Source: Deinococcota bacterium (GTDB lineage Bacteria; Deinococcota; Deinococci; Deinococcales; Thermaceae). Taken from it: a DNA stretch of 22,883 nucleotides. The notes under the pieces were generated by a model. It searched no databases. It was not told where the DNA came from and saw nothing but the letters and a program-made list of their open reading frames with translations. How positions within the stretch are numbered: the stretch's first letter is position 1; each line of letters starts with the position of its first letter. Location of the stretch: positions 1 to 22,883 of the forward strand of contig JBGFRI010000041.1 in the NCBI GenBank assembly GCA_041695225.1, in the 5' to 3' direction. Shown here piece by piece: positions 1 to 8,233 of this stretch. Made by a program: the position numbers and the translations under genes.

Positions 1-116
1 CAAGTGGTATGTCTCATGATTACATGGCAACACTTTGTACAGCGCATCGATGCTCGAACTGCCTGGTAGACAGGCTTTTTCGCGGGTCGCAGCCTCCGTT
101 ACGGGGGTAACTTCGG
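1..116 (-). mobile_element. Terminal portion of a multicopy element, probably an IS end; inverted copy at 22763..22878
   Basis: Bases 1..116 are the exact reverse complement of 22763..22878. Identity stops abruptly at ...GGGGGTAACTTCGG. No transposase lies in the window, so IS identity is inferred. Confidence 0.65.
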
Positions 117-317
117 CCTAGCGGTAAACCTTCATCACTTGATCTGCAAGCTCGTACTCTCCCCTGGTCTTAGGGCGGAGTTCTCGGCCGGGTCGGCTAG
201 CAAGGCTACTAAACCCCCAGAGGCCGACTTATGCCATTGGTTTTCATATCCTGAACCGTATCCATAGCTCGGCCAAAGAGCCCGAACGAAGGTAGCTCTG
301 AGATGTATCCTGCCTGT

Positions 318-881
318 TCAAAAGTTGAAGTTCCGAATCTCCCAGCGCTCGGTTCTCCTGTGCTCTTCTCTGATGTCCATCCTGGAGCTTACGGCGATCA
401 TAAAGATAAATCTCTGGCCCGGAGTAATGTCCATGTCAGCCGCATCGCCCGTCTTGAGTTTGCGCGAAAACTCAACGGTCCAGTTCTGGCCATCGTGCGT
501 CCCAGCGGCTTGCAGAATGGAGTTCCTGCCGCCAGCAGCTGTATCAAGTTCGGGCTCACCGGTACGCTTGACCTGAATCATGTCCAAAGCTGTGAATCTG
601 CCACCATCCATGGTGAACATATACTTATCGGTACCTTTCTTCCTATCCTCCCTCTCAGCTAGCAAACCTATGCCCATCCACCCTCGACTGGCCACCTGCA
701 GAGCTATGAAAATGGTATCCCCGACAATGCTCCAGGAAACAGTCATGCCGGATCTCTCGTGTCTGAGGGTTTGGGCATACTCTCCCGTACCTACCCTTCC
801 ATCAACGGTAGGAGCTGCTTGGGCCAGAGCCAGGGTTGAACCGACCAGTATCAGCATCATGAAAACGCGCATCAGATTCAT
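318..881 (-). CDS. Secreted DOMON-domain protein
   Basis: Signal peptide (ALAQA); motifs SWSIVGDTIFIAL, GWMGIGL and VEFSRKLKTGDxxD typical of DOMON beta-sandwiches; C-terminal His; purine-rich RBS upstream. Confidence 0.8.
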   Translation of the reverse strand: MNLMRVFMMLILVGSTLALAQAAPTVDGRVGTGEYAQTLRHERSGMTVSWSIVGDTIFIALQVASRGWMGIGLLAEREDRKKGTDKYMFTMDGGRFTALDMIQVKRTGEPELDTAAGGRNSILQAAGTHDGQNWTVEFSRKLKTGDAADMDITPGQRFIFMIAVSSRMDIREEHRRTERWEIRNFNF

Positions 882-898
882 ATTTATTCTCCCATCTC

Positions 899-1345
899 CT
901 ATCTATCAGTTATTGTCAGGCTGACTATGAGGGCAACCGCGCCTATGTGAGCATGGGGCAGTGCCGCCAGTACGGGCCGCGCGCCGGTAAACGCCTCCAA
1001 AAAACCGCTTAGGGTCCAGATGCTCACCTCGGCATCCATAGCGTTCCATACCAGATGAAAGTAGGCCCCGATAAAACCGGTAATAAGGGAAACCACCATC
1101 CAGACCATGAACGGGTAACGCACCAACCTTCCCCGGTTGAAAAACATCAGCAGGGTCAGGGGAAAGCCCACCAGGGAGACGTAAAAGGGAACTCGAGACT
1201 GCCAGGACTCGAGGTAGTGCCTTAGAATCCAGTGTTCCACCGCGTAAAAGGCAAACCCAAACGCTGCCAGCAGCAAAAAGGCTGTGCGCAAAAACTCCAG
1301 CAGGCGCTCTTGCTCAGTTTTGGCTTTGATCAATGCCTCAATCAC
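899..1345 (-). CDS. 4-TM membrane protein of unknown function, paralog of 1338..1793
   Basis: About four hydrophobic segments; shares HxLxSWxSRxPF, GxIGAYxHxxWN and GARPVLxALxxxHxG with the upstream gene; overlaps its stop; GGAGG RBS. Confidence 0.8.
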   Translation of the reverse strand: MIEALIKAKTEQERLLEFLRTAFLLLAAFGFAFYAVEHWILRHYLESWQSRVPFYVSLVGFPLTLLMFFNRGRLVRYPFMVWMVVSLITGFIGAYFHLVWNAMDAEVSIWTLSGFLEAFTGARPVLAALPHAHIGAVALIVSLTITDR

Positions 1346-1793
1346 CCTCTACCTCCTTGCCAGTGCGATACACCGCCAACAACCCGGTCACGCCCATATG
1401 GGTAAACACCAGGGCAACCAGAACTGGTCTGGCTCCTGCCAGCGCCTCCATAGCAGCGCTAAACTCCCAGTTAACCTCGCCCTCGAAGTTCCACAGCCAG
1501 TGGTAGTAGGCCCCGATAATTCCCGTTAGAACAGAGACCCACATGGACAGTATAAAGAACCAGCGTATCCATGGGGTCCTTCGGTCAAATAGAATTAGAA
1601 CGGTGCTAATCAGGGCAGGAATGGAGATCAAAAAGGGTATTCTTGACTCCCAGCTCTGTAGCCAGTGCTGCAGGATAATTAGCTCTACGGGGTACAGCAC
1701 CCAGCCCACCAGTATGAGCAGAATCATCAGCAGGCGAATAAATTCGATTGATCGAGCGGTGGGATCTTTTGCGTTACGAAAAGCGGGTATCAC
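1338..1793 (-). CDS. 4-TM membrane protein of unknown function, paralog of 899..1345
   Basis: Hydrophobic ORF with the same His-containing motifs. GTG at 1793 preferred over TTG at 1796 from GGAGG spacing. Confidence 0.8.
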   Translation of the reverse strand: MIPAFRNAKDPTARSIEFIRLLMILLILVGWVLYPVELIILQHWLQSWESRIPFLISIPALISTVLILFDRRTPWIRWFFILSMWVSVLTGIIGAYYHWLWNFEGEVNWEFSAAMEALAGARPVLVALVFTHMGVTGLLAVYRTGKEVEGD

Positions 1794-2158
1794 CAACCAC
1801 CTCCAGTATCTCGACTTTCAGGTTCTTTTTGCGAGGCTTTCGACGGTCTCATATCTCCCCCTATAGCACATTGGAAAAACGCTTGCTATAGCCTCTAAAG
1901 CATATTGAACTTCAGTTGGACTTTTGTCCCATCCAGGGCTCGCCTTGGCCAATCGCCTTGCGTTGCAGCCAGATCAGAGTTGAGGTTTCACCGTAACTGA
2001 AGGTAACAACCACTGTCCATGGGCTGTCGTCACAGTGATTCACTCTCTGGCTGCTTTTAATCCGACCTTTTTGTCTCCGCGGGGTTCTCTGAGTTGGCCT
2101 AGATTCTATGGCAACCAAGCTCATAGGCGCCAACCAGGTCGCACAAGGCAGACGCCCA

Positions 2159-2190
2159 GTCCTCCGAGACAGGTTACTGCCTCGGAGGAC
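2159..2190 (-). terminator. GC-rich stem-loop downstream of the cytochrome gene
   Basis: GTCCTCCGAGaCAG-gtta-CTGcCTCGGAGGAC, 17 bp after the stop. There is no clear U-tract, so it may be a stabiliser instead. Confidence 0.45.
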
Positions 2191-2207
2191 GGCGGCAGGT
2201 ATGGACC

Positions 2208-3353
2208 TCATCGTGTCCGCAAAGCTGCGATAGTAGTCTGCAAAACTTCTCGGGTCCAGCGGGGGTTATGCGCTCCTAAGCTTCCATCGTGTTCGATCAT
2301 CAAGTAGTTCCAGGCCGCCCGCACAAGTGGGTCGCTCAGCGAGAATACCTGGCGTCCACCGGGGCTTTCTCTAATCTCCACCAGTTGCGAAGTCACCTCG
2401 CGCCCGTCTGCCATGCGGAATCTGAATGCAATCTGGCCGCCAACCGTTAGCACGTCAGCTAAACCGGTAATTTGGTTACCATCCACGGCAAAGTTGTCGG
2501 TGAAGGCCCCTCTAGCTGGGTCGAACGCGCGCACAACCCGGATACTGCCGCGCACTTCCAGAATGCGCGAGAACATCACCGCCCGCAGCCGCGACATCAG
2601 GTGCCTGGTCGGAGCCTGCACAACCTCCAAATCAATGGCTTCACCGTGGCAGTTAGCGCACGAGTTTTCCACCGCCTTAAAGGTGTGCGACTCGGGGTTC
2701 ATGGTCATATGGCAGGTCGTGCATGAAGCCCCCATAAAGAAGGCGTGGGATGAATTTCTTACGTCCGAGGTGTCGTCGACAAAATAGAAGTTTTTACCAA
2801 CCAGGGTGTCGGTTTGGGCCGACCGGTGTGGACCAACGTAGCTGCGAAGTGTCTCGGCATTCCAGATCATTCGCCCGTTGCGGCTGTTGTGGCAGGTCAT
2901 GCACAGGGCGCCTTCGGCAACGGCGGCTACCGAGAACCCAGAGGGTAGATGGAAGGTGTCATGCACAATGCGCAGATCGCCACGGTCGGTGTGGCAGGTA
3001 GTGCAAGTAATCGGTTTCACCTGATCTCTGGTCAGGCCTAGCGCGGTGAGGTGGGCCACGGTGGCGTCTCTTCCGTCGGGCCCCCTAATCGGGCCAGGGT
3101 CTCCCCGCATAAGTTGCGGCAACCAGGCTCTAAAGCCCTGATCGCTGTGGCAGCGCGCACAACTTGCAGCCCCAGCGGCTCTGGCTTCAACGGTCGCGTG
3201 AACCATGGTGGTGTTTACATTGTTGTGCCGGCTACCCTCCCACTGCTTTCTGATTTCAGGATCCTGGTCTTGAGAAAACACGAACAAACCGCCGATAGCA
3301 AGGGCTGCTATCACTGCTGCGCGGCTATTTCTAAAAAGGTTCACATTTCTCAC
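2208..3353 (-). CDS. Pentaheme c-type cytochrome (NrfA/c552/OcwA-like fold)
   Basis: Five CxxCH motifs (CARCH, CTTCH, CMTCH, CTTCH, CANCH); N-terminal signal or anchor; WxxSxH before heme 1; C-terminal AAWNY...DGSLGAHNP; AAAGGA RBS before GTG. Confidence 0.88.
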   Translation of the reverse strand: MRNVNLFRNSRAAVIAALAIGGLFVFSQDQDPEIRKQWEGSRHNNVNTTMVHATVEARAAGAASCARCHSDQGFRAWLPQLMRGDPGPIRGPDGRDATVAHLTALGLTRDQVKPITCTTCHTDRGDLRIVHDTFHLPSGFSVAAVAEGALCMTCHNSRNGRMIWNAETLRSYVGPHRSAQTDTLVGKNFYFVDDTSDVRNSSHAFFMGASCTTCHMTMNPESHTFKAVENSCANCHGEAIDLEVVQAPTRHLMSRLRAVMFSRILEVRGSIRVVRAFDPARGAFTDNFAVDGNQITGLADVLTVGGQIAFRFRMADGREVTSQLVEIRESPGGRQVFSLSDPLVRAAWNYLMIEHDGSLGAHNPRWTREVLQTTIAALRTR

Positions 3354-3370
3354 CTGTCCTTTCGGTGCCG

Positions 3371-3399
3371 ATACTACACTTTCTGAGGTGCTTTATCAA
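3371..3399 (-). promoter_or_regulatory. Putative sigma70-type promoter of the cytochrome gene
   Basis: Minus strand TTGATA-17 bp-TAGTAT within an AT-rich intergenic region. Confidence 0.5.
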
Positions 3400-3512
3400 T
3401 GAAAAACGTCTCTATCTTTCTAATGTTGTTTTGTATATAGTTAAGGGTTATCGAGTCCTTATCGGACTATCTCTTTATAGGAGGCTATGTGGTAAGCAAC
3501 TGCAATTAATAA

Positions 3513-3552
3513 TTATAGGCAAAGTTACCTTGTTATAGGCAAAGTTACCTTG
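3513..3552. repeat. Perfect 20-bp tandem duplication overlapping the rnr stop codon
   Basis: TTATAGGCAAAGTTACCTTG at 3513..3532 and again at 3533..3552. Confidence 0.95.
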
Positions 3553-6127
3553 AGCGTCTCCGGGGGCGTTTTTTGCCAACTTTAGGCTTCGAGGCTGGGG
3601 TTGTGGGGCTCTGATCATTTTCCTGGCCCCAGGAGCCAAAGTAGACTTTCTGGGCTTTGATCTTTACGGGCTTGCTGAAACCTCGCCGCTCGTCCGGGGG
3701 CCCCACCACCCGCCGGGCTTTAGACTTGGCAGGGGGTGCCGGCGTTTTTGGCTCGGTAGACACCACCTTGCGTTGTTTTTCTGGCTTTTTGGTGCGCTGT
3801 GGTCGGGAAGATAGGCCTTGCTTTTTGGAGTTTGTGGGTTGATCTTCCTTGGTCATCCGCTGCTCGGCAGCTTTGGGCCTGCGATCGCTGCTTGCAACAG
3901 CTTTCCCTCTGGATGCGCTTACGGCCTGCTCATAAAACCGCCTGGTAGGAACAAAGTCAATCTGTCGCGCCGAAGGATTGGCCCCCTGGATTTCAATTTC
4001 CATTTCATCGCCCAGACGGATGCGGCGTTTGCTGCGCAGGCCTTCTAAGGCCAGCAGGTCTTCGTGGTAGTGGTAGTGGTCATCTTCCAGCGCCCCCAGC
4101 CGGATCATGCCCTCAACCCCATTGGGCAGGCTTACAAACACCCCAAAGTTGGTCACACCCGAAACCGTGCCAGGGTAGGTCTCCCCCTGGTGCCGCTGAG
4201 CCCACAGGCACTGGTAATACTTGGTTAGCTCGCGTTCGGCGCTTTCGGCGGCCCGCTCCCGCTCGGAGGTGTGCTCGGCCATTTTGGGAAAGCGTTTTGC
4301 CCAGTCGTCTCTTTTGGCCTGGGTGGCCCGGCCCCGAATAAAGGCCCGCACAACCCGGTGCACCACCAGGTCGGGGTAGCGCCGGATGGGGCTGGTAAAG
4401 TGCAGATAATGTTCGGCGGCCAGCCCAAAATGCCCCAGGTTTTCGGCGGCATAACGAGCCAGACGCAGGGAACGCAGTAACAGCGTGGATACCACAGGCG
4501 CCTCCGGCCGGCCTTCGGCTTTCTTGAGGATGGCCTGCAAGGCTTTGGGCGAGAGCTCACCACCCGGCAGGCTGTAACCCAGCTTGTTTAGTGCATTCAA
4601 CAGTTTGCCAAAGGCTTCTTCGCTGGGGTCTTCGTGAACGCGGAAGAGTGCGGGAATCTGCCGGTCAGACAGATGCCTGGCAACGGTGCGGTTGGCCAGC
4701 AGCATCAGCTCTTCAATCAGATTACGGGCCCTGGGTTCCCGCAGCGGAATCAGATGCAGGCTGCCCTCTGGGTCTACCTCGACTCTGGCCTCGGTAAAGT
4801 TGAAATCTAAAGCCCCCTGCTCTATACGGCGTTCTTTGAGGACCTGAGTCACCTTTAGCAAGAGTTTCAGGTCGCTTTTGAGTTCCTGGCTCCATTCGGT
4901 TGGAACCAGGCTTTGAATTGTTGCCTTTCGGGTTGCGGCCCTGGAAGCTTTTTGCGACCCCCTGGCTTTGGGTTCTGGGCCTTTAGCAGTCTGGTCTTGA
5001 AGCTCGAGCCCCCTGGCAAAGGCCTCAACTTCCTCGTAGGTCAGACGGGCTACGCTACGAATCACCCCCTCTTCAAAGCGATAATCCTTGACTCTACCAT
5101 CCGGCGTCAGTTCAACCAGAACCGAGAGCACCAGGCGGTCCAGGTTGGGCTTGAGTGAGCAGATGTTGTTGGAAAGCTGCTCGGGTAGCATCGGGAGCAC
5201 CCTGCCGGGCAGATAAACACTGGTAGCCCGGGCATAGGCCTCCTGGTCCAGCGGGCCAGACTCCTTAACGTAGTGCGAGACATCGGCAATGTGGATACCT
5301 ATTCGGTAATGGCCACCCGGCAGGGTTTCGATGTGAATGGCGTCGTCGAAATCTTTGGCATCGGCCCCATCTATGGTGAAAACCCGCAGCTGGCGGAAGT
5401 CCCGGCGGCGCTGGATTTCTCTGGGGTCCAGGTGCCCCACTCTGGCTGCTTCTGCCACGGCCTCAGGAGGAAACTCACTCCGTAACTCGTACCTGGCGGT
5501 CACTGCCTCGGTTTCCACCTCTGGGCTGTCACCATGCCCCAGATAAGACTCTAACTCGCCATGAGGCTCGGAGGACTTGCGCCCCTGAGGAAAAACAACC
5601 CGCACAGCTAACCTAGCGCCGCCTTCAAGGCCCTCCAAACCCTCGGGTCGGAGCTTGAGATGGGGTAGCCGGGCATCGTCGGGCTTGAGCCAGGCCAGAC
5701 CCTGTTTAAAATAGAGCCGCCCGACAACCCGGTGGGTAGCCCGCTCCAAGACCTCGGTCACCACCCCCCAGGGCCTGCCGTCGCGGCCCGGTGGACGTGG
5801 TTCTGCCCGCACCAGGTCGCCGTGCCAGGCCCCACCCAGGTGTCCCTTGGGAACATACAGATCGGGCAGGTCGGGGCTGGCAGGAATCACAAAGCCAAAC
5901 CCTGCGGGGTGCCCTTGCAGTCGGCCTTCAAAGCCCCTGCGGAGCTGGGCTTCGGGAAGCTGGTAAAGCTTGCGACGGGGGTTTTGCAGCTTACCTTCGG
6001 CCACCAGCAGGTCCAGGGCTTCGGTGGCTTCTTCTTTGCCCAGTCGCAAACCCCGCACAATCTCGCGCAGGCTGAATCGCTTTTTTGGGTGTTTCTTGAA
6101 GTATGCGTAGATCTGCTGGTCAGTCAT
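3545..6127 (-). CDS. rnr: Ribonuclease R
   Basis: N-terminal HTH, cold-shock domains (GFGFV), RNB catalytic TIDGADAKDFDDA, HFTSPIRRYPDL, S1 domain and basic tail. Start placed at MTDQQ (6127; 6148 also possible) because the track start 6268 overlaps the upstream gene. Confidence 0.95.
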   Translation of the reverse strand: MTDQQIYAYFKKHPKKRFSLREIVRGLRLGKEEATEALDLLVAEGKLQNPRRKLYQLPEAQLRRGFEGRLQGHPAGFGFVIPASPDLPDLYVPKGHLGGAWHGDLVRAEPRPPGRDGRPWGVVTEVLERATHRVVGRLYFKQGLAWLKPDDARLPHLKLRPEGLEGLEGGARLAVRVVFPQGRKSSEPHGELESYLGHGDSPEVETEAVTARYELRSEFPPEAVAEAARVGHLDPREIQRRRDFRQLRVFTIDGADAKDFDDAIHIETLPGGHYRIGIHIADVSHYVKESGPLDQEAYARATSVYLPGRVLPMLPEQLSNNICSLKPNLDRLVLSVLVELTPDGRVKDYRFEEGVIRSVARLTYEEVEAFARGLELQDQTAKGPEPKARGSQKASRAATRKATIQSLVPTEWSQELKSDLKLLLKVTQVLKERRIEQGALDFNFTEARVEVDPEGSLHLIPLREPRARNLIEELMLLANRTVARHLSDRQIPALFRVHEDPSEEAFGKLLNALNKLGYSLPGGELSPKALQAILKKAEGRPEAPVVSTLLLRSLRLARYAAENLGHFGLAAEHYLHFTSPIRRYPDLVVHRVVRAFIRGRATQAKRDDWAKRFPKMAEHTSERERAAESAERELTKYYQCLWAQRHQGETYPGTVSGVTNFGVFVSLPNGVEGMIRLGALEDDHYHYHEDLLALEGLRSKRRIRLGDEMEIEIQGANPSARQIDFVPTRRFYEQAVSASRGKAVASSDRRPKAAEQRMTKEDQPTNSKKQGLSSRPQRTKKPEKQRKVVSTEPKTPAPPAKSKARRVVGPPDERRGFSKPVKIKAQKVYFGSWGQENDQSPTTPASKPKVGKKRPRRRSR

Positions 6128-6204
6128 AGTACTGGGGCGGTCCCCCATCGTAAGGCCACCGCCTCCGGTAGAGGAAGCGTGGTTACCGGGGTAACCCCCA
6201 GCAT

Positions 6205-7440
6205 CTACAATACGCCCTCGAAGGCCAGCTGGGTGGCCTTCAAAGCGCCATCCAGGGCCTCGATACACTGGTCAATATGGGTTTTCTCGACAATCAGGGG
6301 GGGTTCCAGACGCACCACCTTGGGGTTGTTGAGTCCAAAGGCGGTAAGGACGCCGCGGGTGGCAAGCTCGGCCACCACCACCGCCCCGATGTCGGCGTCG
6401 GTGAACTCGAGGCCCACCAGCAAGCCCCGGCCCCGCACCTCCGCTATAAACCCAGGGTAGGCCTGTTGCAGCCGGGCCAGCTGCTCCATCAGATACTGGC
6501 CCGACTGCAAAGCCCTGGCCGGAAGGCCCTCCTCCAGCGTGATCTCTATGGCGGCCAGAGCCGCCGCCGCCGCCAGCGGGTTGCCCCCAAAGGTGCTGGA
6601 GTGAATCAGGGGCTCACTCTTGTAGATACTCAAAATTTCCGGGCGGCAGATGGTGGCCGATATGGGCATCACCCCGCCCCCCAGGGCCTTGGCGCTCACC
6701 AGGATATCGGGCTCGACCTCTTCCCAGTTGACTGCCCACAGCTTCCCGGTGCGGCCCAGCCCGGTCTGTACCTCGTCGGCAATCATCACCACCCCTCTTT
6801 CGCGGGTGATGCGACGAACGTCACGCAGGTAGCCCTCGGGTGGCAGCCGGATACCCCCTTCGCCCTGGATCGGCTCGATTATAACTGCGGCGGTATCGGG
6901 GCCCATGGCCTCCTCCATGGCTTGTGCGTCGCCATACGGGACCACGCTCACCCCCGGCAGCAGTGGCCGGGCGGGCTGTTGATACTGTTCTTTGGGTGTC
7001 ACCGACAAAGCTCCCAGGGTCTTGCCGTGGTAGCCGCCCTGGGTGGTGATAAAACCCGGCTTGCGGGTAAAAAAACGGGCAAACTTGAGGGCCGCCTCGA
7101 CCCCTTCGGCCCCGGAATTGCCAAAGTAGACCATGGAGAGCTGGCCGGGCGTAATCTCGGCCAGCCTGGCGGCCAGCCGGGTGGCGGGCTCAGAAACCAG
7201 CACCCGTACCGACATGGGCATCCGGTCGAGCTGGGCCTTGACCGCCTCCACTACTCGAGGGTGCCGGTGCCCCAAAGAAAGGGTTCCATACAATCCCAGA
7301 AAGTCCAGGTAGCGCTTCCCCTGGGTATCCCAGACATAAACCCCCTCGGCATGGGACTCGGTCTTGTCGAGGCCAGTAAAACGAAGCAGCCCCGCCAGGC
7401 CAGGGTTGATGTGTTTCTCGTACAGTTCGAAGATACTCAT
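6205..7440 (-). CDS. Class III PLP-dependent aminotransferase (putrescine/ornithine aminotransferase-like)
   Basis: GxxYLDF, NSGAEGVEAALK, IIEPIQGEGG, DEVQTGLGRTG, PLP lysine in SAKALGGG, HSSTFGGNP. Substrate not determinable from the sequence. Confidence 0.9.
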   Translation of the reverse strand: MSIFELYEKHINPGLAGLLRFTGLDKTESHAEGVYVWDTQGKRYLDFLGLYGTLSLGHRHPRVVEAVKAQLDRMPMSVRVLVSEPATRLAARLAEITPGQLSMVYFGNSGAEGVEAALKFARFFTRKPGFITTQGGYHGKTLGALSVTPKEQYQQPARPLLPGVSVVPYGDAQAMEEAMGPDTAAVIIEPIQGEGGIRLPPEGYLRDVRRITRERGVVMIADEVQTGLGRTGKLWAVNWEEVEPDILVSAKALGGGVMPISATICRPEILSIYKSEPLIHSSTFGGNPLAAAAALAAIEITLEEGLPARALQSGQYLMEQLARLQQAYPGFIAEVRGRGLLVGLEFTDADIGAVVVAELATRGVLTAFGLNNPKVVRLEPPLIVEKTHIDQCIEALDGALKATQLAFEGVL

Positions 7441-7742
7441 GGTTGGCCCTCAGCTTACCACTTACCGGAGGAAACGTTCGGTTAGGCTCATGGTCTACTG
7501 CGGCGCCTCTCTCCTGCGCCAAGCAAAATCAACGGGCCACCCGAAGGCGACTTTCCTGTAGGATAGACGTTCATACTGGCCCAGAATGGCTTCGGGCTAC
7601 CTCGTCAGTCACCAGACATATAGGAAGATACTCCCTGGGGCTGCCAATCGTATCCAGCAGAGCTGCGGTTGTCTTCAAATAGCGCCCCAGACCAGCTGGG
7701 TGTAGAGGCAGACAGTAAGACACACCTCCTAGACGCTTAAGG

Positions 7743-8162
7743 CTAGCCGGACACGAAATTCTGCCGGTGCAGGTAGTGCGCAAGCGGCTGCCCAATGCTG
7801 GCTGGAATCCGCACAGCCTTGCCCTGGAAATCCTGACACAGGTGCCGGGTGAAACCCTCCACCAACAGCCTGTCGCCCTTCCAGATGCGGTACTGGTAGC
7901 GAATGGTGCGTGAGGTGGCCTCGGTCAGCCAGGCCTCGACCTCTACCACATCACCAAACCGGGCGGGGTTACGATAGGTCAGGCCAATTTCAATCACGGC
8001 AAACGCTAGTCCCTGTGCCTCAATCTGGGTATAGGGTAGCCCAATCTGATTGAGCCACTCTACCCGTGCGGCCTCGAGCCAGATCAGGTAGTTGCTATGG
8101 TGCACCACCCCCATGGCGTCGGTCTCGGCGTACCGCACAGTCAGGGGCAGACGTATGGTCAT
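7743..8162 (-). CDS. YbgC/FadM-family acyl-CoA thioesterase (hotdog fold)
   Basis: VRYAETDAMGVVHHSNY motif; GGAGG RBS supports ATG at 8162. Confidence 0.9.
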   Translation of the reverse strand: MTIRLPLTVRYAETDAMGVVHHSNYLIWLEAARVEWLNQIGLPYTQIEAQGLAFAVIEIGLTYRNPARFGDVVEVEAWLTEATSRTIRYQYRIWKGDRLLVEGFTRHLCQDFQGKAVRIPASIGQPLAHYLHRQNFVSG

Positions 8163-8233
8163 GGGTATCCTTCCTCCCAGCATTCCTGCTCAAAGCCAGG
8201 TTTCACTTTATTCCCCCGGCCCCGAGCGCTACA

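Noticed and set aside
1912..2211. 99-aa ORF overlapping the cytochrome stop
   Set aside because: Runs through a strong hairpin, has atypical composition and no recognisable motif; cannot be supported.
6277..7485. Long antisense ORFs (402 aa here; also 5732..6460, 8894..9547, 16320..17048 and the shifted-frame 13759..14586)
   Set aside because: GC-rich shadow frames over well-supported genes, with no recognisable motifs.
7441..7742. 300-bp intergenic gap as a possible riboswitch or glmS ribozyme
   Set aside because: No complete consensus or convincing structure is visible; an Rfam scan would be needed.
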